The notes beneath the pieces are model-generated. The model saw only the letters and a program-made list of their open reading frames with translations, ran no database searches and was not told the DNA's origin. From the NCBI GenBank assembly GCA_976551045.1, contig CDPCPM010000054.1:32178001-32242000 (forward strand): a stretch of DNA of 64,000 bases, in the 5' to 3' direction. The position numbers and the translations under genes are program-made. Positions 53,938-64,000 of this stretch are shown here, one piece after another. How positions within the stretch are numbered: the stretch's first letter is position 1; the number at the start of each line of letters is the position of its first letter. Source of the DNA: Glaucostegus cemiculus. Its lineage: Eukaryota.

Positions 53938-54037
53938 GCATAATGAAGGGTTGTGACCCAAAGCGTTGACAGTCCATTTCACTCCATGGATGCTGCCTGA
54001 CCCTTGGTTCCCCCAGATTGTGTTGCTGCATAATGAA
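53938..54037 (+). mobile_element. Short Penelope-like terminal repeat insertion flanked by a 10-bp direct repeat
   Basis: GCATAATGAA at 53938-53947 and 54028-54037 flanks GGGTTGTGACCCAAAGCGTTGACAGTCCATTTC...GATGCTGCCTGACC, the reverse complement of the family at about 18100-18160. Confidence 0.65.
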
Positions 54038-54619
54038 TGGAAATGCAGCTTTCCCCCGATCTAAAACCAAGTTTCTCACTGCCCCTTCCCTACTGGCTTG
54101 AATAAGCCACATTCCAACTCTTTTCCCCCTTTGTCTTGATATCTGTCAGCTGTATGATGCAAGCTTTAAAATGTTAAAGTTTCTTTGCATTCCAGGTGTT
54201 TAAGCACAATTTGCATTAGTCACAATGGGTTACTTTAAACAAGACTTCGGGGTGAGAATTCCAGTTTAATGGAATTACAATAGGATACAATTTCAACTGG
54301 GGAAAATAAAGGTTATCAGGCATCTGGTCCTTGTTTTGAAACAAGTTAGTTTTATCTTGACAATGAAACAGCGCAAATCAACAAATTTTGCATATTAATA
54401 TTTCTTAAAGTTTAAGATATAAGTAGCCTACTTTACAGTAATATTGTCAATGCTCTAGCTACATAAACAATCAAAAACCACTGCAATTCAGACATCTCTT
54501 GCTCTTGGTCACTGTTACAGTGTTTGTGCATTCAGAGCCTGGGGTCTTTCAATACATGCTAGCACAACAAGGCTTTGGGTCATTTTCTGACATTGTGGAG
54601 TAGAAGCTGTTTATATTGG

Positions 54620-55833
54620 CCCTAGTCCAACCATGTAGACACCATGACCAAGAAAGTGCACCAGTACCTCTACTTGCTCAGGTGGCTAAATAAATTTGAC
54701 ATATTCCTGTTGATCCTCACCAATTTTTATACATGCACCATAGAAAGTATCTTATCCAGATGCACTACGGGTTGATACGGCAACTGCTCTGCCCACAACT
54801 GCAAGAAACTGCAGAGTTGTAGACACAGCTCAGCACATCAGAAGCCAGCCTCCCCTCCATGGACTGTCTACACTTCTCACTGCCTCAGTAAAGCAGCTAA
54901 CAAAATCAAAAAACCCTTCCAGCCCAGACATTCTCTCTTCTATCCCCTCCCATCAAGCAGAAGATACAAAAGCCTGAAAGCATGTACCAGCAGGCTCAAG
55001 GATCTGGCCTGGACCCAGCACATTGATGTAATCATGAAGGCAGCACAGCAGCAGCTCTACTTTGTCAGGAATTTGAGGAGATATGGTACATCAAAGACTC
55101 TTGCAAATTTCAATAGATATATAGTGGAGAACATTCTGACTGGTTGCATCACAGCCTGTTATGGAGGCTCCAATGCACAGGATCAGAAGAGGCTGCAGAG
55201 GGTTATAGACTCAGCCAGCTCCATCATGGGCACAACCCTCCCCACCATCGAGGACATCTTCAAGAGGTAGTGCCTCAAGGCGTTGACATCCATGATTAAG
55301 GACTCTCACCAGTGGGACATGCCCTCTTGTTACTACCATCAGGGAGGTGGTACAGGAGTCTGAAGACCCACAGTCACTGATTCAGGAGCAGCTTCTTCCC
55401 CTCCAAATTTTTAAATGGTCAATGAACCATCCCTCAGTTCCTTCTTTTTGCACTAGTTTGTAATTTAGTGTTTTTTTTTTTAAAACGTCCTTGCACTGTA
55501 CTGCTACTTCAAAACAGATTTCACATTATTCAAGACAGTGACAATAAAACTGATGATTCCGGACAGCTTCTATCCTGCTGTTAAGACTATTGAATCGAGC
55601 CCTAGTACGATAAGATGGACTCAACCTCACAACCTACCTTGTCATGGCCTTGCACCTTATTGTCTGTCTGCACTGCACTCTGTAACTGTAACACCATGTT
55701 CTGCATTCTGTTATGTTTTTCCCTTGTACTACCTCAATGCACTGATGTGATGAAATGATCTGTACGAATGGTATGCAAAACAAAGTTTAACTACACCTTG
55801 GTACATGTGACAATAATAAACCAGTTTACCAAT
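54620..55833 (+). mobile_element. Rex1/Babar-type LINE 3' portion, split by a second LINE at 55001-55560
   Basis: AAGAAAGTGCACCAGTACCTCTAC...ACCATAGAAAGTATC... up to CAGGCTCAAG (55000), resumes GGACAGCTTCTATCC (55561) and ends CAATAATAAACCAGTTTACCAAT. Confidence 0.75.
55001..55560 (+). mobile_element. Nested 5'-truncated Rex1/Babar-type LINE (DUF1891-like region)
   Basis: ORF 55034-55270 KAAQQQLYFVRNLRRYG...FNRYIVENILTGCITACYG...KRLQRVI matches the RT C-terminal motif of these LINEs; ends ACAATAAAACTGATGATTC. Confidence 0.8.
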
Positions 55834-56018
55834 GCCCTTGATTTGTTCAAAAGATTTGTTTTTGCCAAGGATTCTCAGTTTGATCCAATAGCATAAATCT
55901 GTATTCTACAAACAAATGGTGCAATAATATTGAGTACCACCAACATTTTTGTATTTTAAAGCACACCACATGGCTCACATTTAATATCCATGGCAACACA
56001 GTAACTAGTGGTGCTCAC

Positions 56019-56111
56019 CTGAGAAGGTGTACTGGTTAATTCCATTTTTTCTTGCATTTTCTCCTTTGCTATTCGAGCAGCATCTTTAAATTCCTGGAAC
56101 TTCTCTGCAAA
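56019..56111 (-). CDS. HOMER1: HOMER1 exon 4 (end of EVH1 domain), 93 nt
   Basis: cctttccaatacag acceptor; FAEKFQEFKDAARIAKEKMQEKMELTSTPSQ; CAG|gtgagc donor. Confidence 0.96.
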
Positions 56112-57562
56112 CTGTATTGGAAAGGTTTTTTTTAAAATGTTATCTGCTGATAAAGGTATAAAGACAAAAGAAAACAAAGACGACAGGTATCTGATCAAGA
56201 AAATAAAATTAAGTAGCAACCCCTAAACAATGTTTTCCTAAACAATTTTTTTTTCAGGACATCTAAACCTGCAAAGTGAGAATGAAGACATATTTGGTAC
56301 TAGCTGAAATAATTCTGGTGCTATGTTATTTTGCTCATCTACTTGCAATAGATTTACCTTGCTCATGAGTTTGAAGAAACTTGGTCTAAAAGTCTCAGAT
56401 TAACACCAGAGGCACCACTATACCTTTCTTTTCAAAAGCTGATTCAATAAGCTTTCTTTATTACATTCACTCTTATCAGGTTCTGCCATCAGATAAAATT
56501 TACTTAGCCAATGGAAGTCCAGCAGCACCCCCCTCCACCCCCTATGAAGGGCTTTGGGATAGCCAGAGGCCAGGGAAGATGTTACAGAAAAGCAAGTTTG
56601 TCCAGTTTTGAGCATTCCTCCTGTGTCACTGACCCAAGTCCACAGTGAACTGGGCCAGTTCAAGATTTATTGCTTTCAGTTCTTTGTTACCCACCTTTGC
56701 CAGATTTCAAAACCAAACCTTCCACTCAAACCCACTACCACTTTAAAATCTCCAGCTGCCTCTGCCTCCAGACATTGTTAAAGTCATATCCTCGAATAGT
56801 AAGATTACTGTATATTTATGACATAAGCCAATGGCTCACTGTATTCACGCTAGTCAAAAAAAAAGTGCTGCTAGCCTAAACAAGTCTCCCAGCACTCAGC
56901 AGCAGACCTGCAGGTTATTGCTCTTCAAGTAAACATCCACCACATTTCTGCCATTCAGGGAATGAGTTCCAGAACCCTCCCACACTTTGCATGGAAAACA
57001 TCTTTAATTCCCCTGTAATACTTCTAATTATTTTAAATGATATGGATTAAGTGAAGAACTGGTAATGCCTTATCAAGGTGATGAAGATTTTTTATGGACA
57101 ACATGCCACATTGCCATGTCTTTCTTCCAATTAACTTTCCAGTTTTGCATTAACCATTAGTTAATGAGATAGACCATCACTGGCTTTACAGTGATGGAAA
57201 AAATACTTCAGATTTTACAAATTGGTTGATTGGGGTCACAGACATCAATTTATTGATATCCTGAAGTCAACTGGTAGATCACAACATGCAATTCAACATC
57301 CTGGGATATGCAGGAGAATGTTCACTTACTATACAAATAAAACTTAAACCATCCAAACAAATTTTGAATATATTAATATAGAACCATTAAGCATTTTTGG
57401 CCTTGTAACATTTGAGTTTTGGGCTGGAAATAAGGATCAATTTTACGGATCTTAAATTCAAACAACTACAACTGGATGAATCAAACCATTTTGCCATTTT
57501 CTCCAAATTAATGCAAATGAGAACATACAATAACAAAAAACATGCTACATGATTTTACGCAC

Positions 57563-57694
57563 TTTTGTCAGATGATGCTCCGAGGAAAAACCTAGACCAT
57601 AGACTGTATTTGCACGGCTGTCTGGCCATTGACCAAACTTCTGAGATGTTTTTGTAAATGTCATGTTTGGAGTAATTGTGCTGTTGATTATTGC
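57563..57694 (-). CDS. HOMER1: HOMER1 exon 3 (EVH1 domain), 132 nt
   Basis: ttttctctttcag acceptor; [44 protein letters not shown]; AAA|gtgcgt donor. Not in the ORF track. Confidence 0.96.
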
Positions 57695-59645
57695 CTGAAA
57701 GAGAAAAAAAGGTGACATTTTAAAAACAAATTATTGAAAAGGATTTTTATGGAATTTAAAAAAGATCAATGGCTCTACATTCCCTAATTTTGCATATACA
57801 GATCATAAAACCCAAAGCACTCAAGGTTCAAAAGAATACAGTAAAACACAGATAATCTGCTTTATGGCCATTTGGAAGTTCTGATAGTTCAGCACAGGGC
57901 TCACCAAGTAATATTTGCCTCACTGCATTCCCACTTAGAGGTCCTGGTTCCTGTGCTCCATTTAAACTTACCTGGTTACATAGTATTTATTATAATATTG
58001 TACCATCTTAAAGTGAATTTGAAGTGTGATGGGATATTAATAGAAACAACATCCAATAATCCAGAAAATCCACTATTCCAAAGTCCCAAGTGTGCCATTT
58101 TATTGGACTGTTACTGTAGCTGATGCTGAGTGGACAGCACAAGATATTCCCCTGGACCACTGTCTCCCCTCTGCCTCCCTCTTGGATATGCTTGTTGAAA
58201 ACTATTTTCCAGTAGTCAAATCTCACAACCTGCCCTACGACGACTATTTATTAAACAAAAGATTTAACAGTTTTAAAAAAAGGTACTGATCAGTTAAACT
58301 GATAAATCAGTTGACCAGGAAGAACTGCTTTCAATTCTTGAACAGGGTGTTTCAGAACATTTGATCTGAGAACATTTAATACTTTTAACCTTTAGGCAGT
58401 CATTTGGTCTGCTGAACTCTGGATAAAGGCTCAAGGGGCCACACAGACTACTCCTGTTCCTAATACATTACGAAAAGAATTTCAGTTTTAAATACTAAAT
58501 GCAGTAACTGTTCTTAACATTCTTTATATATATTTAAATATTTTTTTTTATTTTATGTTAATGCAGATTCTTTAATGGATTTAGAAGCAGCAAACAAGTT
58601 GATGATAAATACAAAATGCACTAGTAAATGTTTTACAGGAAGTGAATGGGATTGGTGCCACTTTCAATATTCACAAAGAATGCAACATACTTAATCTGCA
58701 ATGTAAAGAGCAGAGAAAAGTGTTCTTTAGATATATTTGAATCGACTGGAGGTATTGCATATGGGTAAACTAGGGTAACATTGAAAAAGGCAATCTTAAA
58801 ATACATGTATTACAAGAATAGCTCCTACTCCAAGGAAAAAGAAAATTATAGGGTGTGGAAAATGAAACCTAACCCCAAGGTTATCACTTTTTTTTGGTGG
58901 AGACAGGTCCATCCAGCATTCTATCCAGAAGTTAGCTTATCAAATTAAAACAAATAATTTATGTAATTAAACCATAGACAAGTTGACAAAATTGTCATGT
59001 GGCTCCAAAAAAGAATCTCAGCAAACTGAGACACTGTCAGCATGCAAGGGAATTAAAGACATAAACTAAGTCTTAAAGGAAACCCGTCAGACAATGCTAA
59101 TTATCATATGTCTATGGTGACAGGCTTGGACAAAAACAATCTCAGAAAAAGTAATTAAATTTGTGTTTTACTCATGGAGTGGCCAAAAGAAGTGTCAATG
59201 AAAAAAAGAAATGAAAAGAAAATCCTTCAAAAAACAAAATAACTGAACTTTCATTTTTCAAAGACAAGAATGGAAAAAGTATTAGGATCGATGACTGATT
59301 AAACAGACATCTTTACACGGTAAGGCAGTCACCAACAAAAAAAAACATGTTTCAGTATGGCTAGGAATGACTACAGTCCATAACTCTAAAGTTAACTGTA
59401 TAAATTCACTGTGGGTTTGTTAGGCCAAATGGTATTCTTCTGTGTCATAATGATTGTAGGACTGGGCCTTACCTCAACAGATAAGAGACTAAAATGTCAG
59501 GGGAAAGTGACTGGGATGACTTTAGGGTCTTGTCACAAAAAATTTCTTTGGCCTCTATCAACTCGTATACTTTTGCACTTGTTGCCTACAGTTAGAGAAA
59601 CTAAATCATGTAGCAATAGGAAATGTACTTTCAAGCATTTCTCAC

Positions 59646-59802
59646 CTTTGACCCATCAAGGCTGATTATTCTGTAGACGTTTCTTGTACTATCATAGAAG
59701 TAGGACACAGTCACAGCATGTTTGCTGGTGGGAACCCAGTTCTTCTTTGTAGTGGGATCAATCTGGAAGACGTGGGCTCGTGTGCTGAAAATGGGCTGTT
59801 CC
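59646..59802 (-). CDS. HOMER1: HOMER1 exon 2 (EVH1 domain), 157 nt
   Basis: ctacttttcag acceptor, phase 2; (G)[52 protein letters not shown]; AAG|gtgaga donor. Residues match HOMER1 better than HOMER2 or HOMER3. No exon 1 seen in the window. Confidence 0.97.
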
Positions 59803-60959
59803 CTGAAAAGTAGAAGGACAAGTTGCTCCATTCACTTTAGTTTTCATTGAAAACAGAATAAAAAATTGAGGTCTTCTCAATCACACAATCCAGCTGTGCA
59901 ATCAGCATATTTGAAAACTAAATAGACTCACTAGAATAAAGTTTCAACACTTGCAAATGTAATCCTAATGTTTCTCAACATTAATATTTAGAAATACTTT
60001 CTTTACCATGCAAAAATACTTCCAATGACTAATTATCCAAAAAAACCTTGGCTTAAAAACAATGACTTTGGTCTTGCCAATCTTTACTTGCAGAATACTT
60101 CTGTTCAGACAAGTAATCTGATGATTTGAAAATGGAGGAGAGGCAGCAAGTTAGAGCTGGATATGATTCAGTGGGACATAAAATGGATGGGAAAAATCAG
60201 AGGGGTCAAGGATAAAGGTTTGCAGGATACCAGGAGCAAATATCAGGGCAGGGACACAAACCACTAACTCTCTGGATGCAACTGGATGGATGCAAACAAA
60301 GTAGGTAAACCCAATGGTGGTTCATGAGGTGTGGGTTGTGTAATGGGGCAAAGCATGTGGTGGTTTAAGCAGGTTGCTGTGCTCAAAAACTGCAGACAGG
60401 TTAAGAAAGATTTCTCTATCAAAAAATATGAGATATAATTTTTAATATTTGTTTGAAGTCAGAATGACAAATTTCTACTCTAACAAAGTTTGCATATACA
60501 CCAAGGTCCATCAGCTAGCTTTAAAGCATTGGTCTAATTATCGCTCAGTGTTAAAAATGTAAGGAAAAGCGGATTTAGTTTCATACCATATCAAGTTATA
60601 CATTTTAGGGATAAAACCCAATTGATGGAATACCACTGCTTAATTCCAGACTGAGTATTACAGTGAGCTGCTGTCAGCTCACTTCAGTACTCAAGTTTCA
60701 ATTCATATTCATATTGATTTTGTCTTGATGCAAACTTATGCAGTTAATGTTTTATCAAGTAAGTTACTTACTAAACAAGGTATTAACACGTGAAGCTGCA
60801 GAACACTTACTCAACTTATTTAGAAGGGTTTCTTAAAGGTTAAACAATTTTCCAGCAATTATCTACCCAATTCATGATGGATAAGAAAATAGTTTTTATC
60901 TATCAAATCCAGGTGTGATAAATCTATTGAAGTTCTAACATGATTGTTGATATTAAAAT

Positions 60960-61750
60960 GCAAAGAATTGAGAATGCTAGAAATCTGAATTAAAACAGAA
61001 AATGCTGGAATTACTCAGCAAGTCAGGCAGTATCTGTGGAGGGAGAAGCAGAGTTAATGTTTCAGGTTGATGACCTTTCTTCAGATCTGGGAAGATTTAG
61101 GAAGCAGGTGTGAATAAACTTTTAACGAAGGGGGAAAGTGTTAGGAGAAGGAAATCACCCTCACAGCTGTCATGACTACACCTCGTCCCCACCTTGCTTC
61201 CTTAAAGGAAGGACTTCCATTCTTCTAATTCCAATGGAACTTTCTACTAGTGCTTCTGAGATGACTTCCATTTTCCTCAACCATGACCCTCCCTCCATTT
61301 TACCCAAAACTGCAAGTCAGTTCTGATGTAACTTGGGTTTATTTAGCTTCATAGATGTTGCCTGAACTGATGGATCTTCCCAGCATTCTTTTCAGAATTT
61401 CTGCAAGTACTGTATTCTATGTCTGCAGCACCATCTGATTTTTCTCTCCTTCTTCCCCTCCTATTTATATCTTCAAAAGATGAAGTACCATTAGCAAGCC
61501 TTCAGAGCCCTCTCTTAATCAACAATTGGTGTCATTCATTTTCTCTTGATCTCTGTTCTATCACAAACACCTCTAAATTCTGTTAACCTCTTTGTTCTCT
61601 TTAAACTGGCAGAATGAGGCAAGGAATAAACATGCCAGTTTTCCAAATTTTACTAGTTCTGAAGAAAGGAAACTGGCCTGAAGTGTCATCCATTGCTCTC
61701 TCCATAAATGCTGCCTGACCTGTTGAATATTTCCAACATTTTGTTTTTAA
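60960..61750. mobile_element. Penelope-like element relic: inverted terminal repeat, ORF remnant and two direct terminal repeats
   Basis: 60990-61090 is the inverse of 61657-61750; partial copy at about 61345-61410; internal STSASEMTSIFLNHDPPS resembles the region after the Penelope RT domain. Confidence 0.5.
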
Positions 61751-63244
61751 ATCACAATTGCTTTTGGTTGGTATTATCTGCAGAGGGTGTAATCATTTGA
61801 TAGGAAACTAATCAGTTACACTGCAAGCAAATAAAATAAGCTTTCCAATCAAACTGTGTAATGGAAAATACTTTACAATTGTGCATTTTTAACTTTCTGA
61901 CTGCGGCGTTTCCAAAATAAGAAAGCTTAACTTTTGATACACAACCTGGTCTCTCCTATCAGATGTGATGGTCCAAGTTATTTAGTCACAGCCTACAACC
62001 ATTATGCGCAATGCATCATTCAACGTTCAAAGTTAAACTGAGGATTCTCACTGAAGAGTGCATAGAGCTCAATTCAATTTATAAACTCTTCAGGTAGTGA
62101 AGACACCCACAATATCAAGTTTGGGCAGGCAGGCGGCATGCAATAAATCTTAACTATACCTGTACCAGGCAAATAACTACTGCCAAGTGTCTATCTCCCA
62201 CCCCCACGCCTTTTAATGTATTACTGATGCTGAACTCACCACTACTTAACAACATCATTGGAATTATAAATAAACAAACTTAACTGAACTGGCAACAAAT
62301 GTTTCAGTTACAAGAACAGGCCAGAGATTGGGAATTTTGCACCCTCTACTCCAAAGCATTTACTGGGAAGCTTAAGGAATTTGACTCAGCAAAGTGTAAA
62401 TACATTCACCACAGTGAAGAGTGACAGCTCGTCAACATCTTCAAGGACAATTAGGTGCTGGAAATAAATGCCAGCATGCCAGTAATACAATGATTCTGTC
62501 CATTAATGCAAAACAAAATATTTTAATTATTTAATGGAGCCAAAAGAATAAAGGAATTTTATATTGATTGCGCACTTATCACAAACCATTTCAGGATACC
62601 AATGATTTTGGCTTCCCACTTTCAGAACAAAAACTTTGAATATTTAGAACCACTTAGTCATGCTGTTTCTAAATATTTTTACCAGCTTTCTTTGTCCATT
62701 CAATTCACTGCAGAAAATTACAGCTAAAGCAATAGCTAAAACAAGACTTTCATTCAATCTTGCAAAATTACTACAGTTGACTGGAACACAGTTGTAACCA
62801 CGAATTACTACAATCAAACTCCTGGAAGTTCTCAAGGAAGCAAGAGAGTAGGTTGTAATTTACAAGCCCAATGCATTTAAAGTACTTTTCAGGCTAATCT
62901 CTAAATGCAAGGTTTGAAGCACATCCTGAAGCAATTTTGTTTTCAAGTGTTAGAAACTGACCTCAGTTTACCTTCCAAATGGAAGATTTATATAATTACT
63001 TTCCCATCATTTGCTTATTTTGATGTTCATACCACTTCAATAAAGCCACATTAAGCTACTCCTTTCTGCACTTTCCAATTCAGCAAGCAAGATCTAAGAG
63101 TTTAGTCTCAATGAAGCCACTAGATAATTAGTATCTCAATGTTTACTACAATGCTTTAAGCAGCTCATCCAGATATTGAAGCTCTACAAGTAAAATATTT
63201 AATTTAATTTAAGTAGTTAATTATCATTCAGATGTTTTAAGTGT

Positions 63245-63960
63245 CATCTCTTTCCCCCTTGGGATCGAGAGTGACTTGCTACTATTGAAGAGTGCAAGGT
63301 ATCTGTGTGATAGCTTCATACGCCAGCTACCACAATGTCTTGTTAGAGCATGGATTTGGCCTGATGGCAAGGATGTCCAAGACAACTGGAATACAGCTTC
63401 TACTGCAAATTCAGAACACACACCAAGTGCACGTGCACTCCCCCTACCCCACAGTGCACGTGCATGCACACACAGATGTACTTTAACCACCCACTGAACA
63501 CAAACACAGATCCACCTCTGAAGACACTCACCCTCCACCCCCCCCCCCCCCCCCGTCAGCCTACATCTACGTTTTCCTTAACCACATCCCTTGGACCCCA
63601 TCCTTGTCAGTTTGTTCCTCTACTCAACTCCCTGGTTACTCCATTCCCTCTTCCTGCTTTGATTCTCACACACCTACTCCACCTTTGCTGCAGATGCTGG
63701 CTGTTTGCTTTAAGAGCAAGGTCTCCCACCAACTGCCATGGCTCACTCTCTTCAGGGGTTGTCCCTCAGCTACTAACCCCTACCTGTTCACAGCAGCCAT
63801 GCCATCCAAAGCTACAGCCTAGCCCCAAAATGGAGGAAAGTGGTGCCTGGGATGTGCAAAAGGTTTGTGGGAAGAGCAAGAAGTGTGCACTATTCAGATA
63901 CCCTGAGCATAGAGCCAATGTTTCTGCTGGATGAAGTGAGTAGAGATACTCCCACACTTA
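63245..63960 (-). mobile_element. Possible RTE-type LINE 3' relic interrupted by C/A-rich low-complexity sequence
   Basis: CCCCTTGGGATCGAGAGTGACTTGCT...GGCAAGGATGTCCAAGACAACTGG resembles antisense RTE tails; weak recall only. Confidence 0.25.
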
Positions 63961-64000
63961 CTGGAAGAATATGCCATCTCCTCAGAAACTATACTCACAC

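Noticed and set aside
63464-63934. 156-aa ORF with a polyproline run
   Set aside because: The prolines come from a C17 homopolymer, and the rest has no recognisable domain.
59803-64000. HOMER1 exon 1 or promoter
   Set aside because: No CpG island and no ATGGG followed by a GT donor seen; it is presumably beyond the window.

Overview
AT-rich, CpG-poor vertebrate genomic DNA; the repeat content (V-SINE/HE1-like, Deu-SINE-like, CR1, Rex1/Babar and Penelope-like relics) suggests a cartilaginous fish, probably a ray or shark (inference). Two genes lie tail to tail. On the + strand are the last two coding exons of JMY (polyproline, three WH2 motifs, C and A segments; stop at 3628-3630), followed by a long repeat-poor candidate 3'UTR. 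On the - strand are exons 2-9 of HOMER1 (59802 to 23931), all with GT-AG boundaries and compatible phases, giving a 355-aa Homer1b-type protein if exon 1 (outside the window) supplies ATG GG. The rest is intron and intergenic DNA with old, partly nested transposon fragments. I see no convincing new gene system. The best leads are regulatory: a predicted RNA hairpin over the HOMER1 exon-5 donor (the Homer1a/long-isoform switch) with an immediate stop and a nearby intronic AATAAA, Met in place of the CaMKII site Ser117, and hammerhead-like cores in Penelope-type terminal repeats. Gene and repeat assignments come from recalled sequence similarity, not database searches, and transposon boundaries are approximate.
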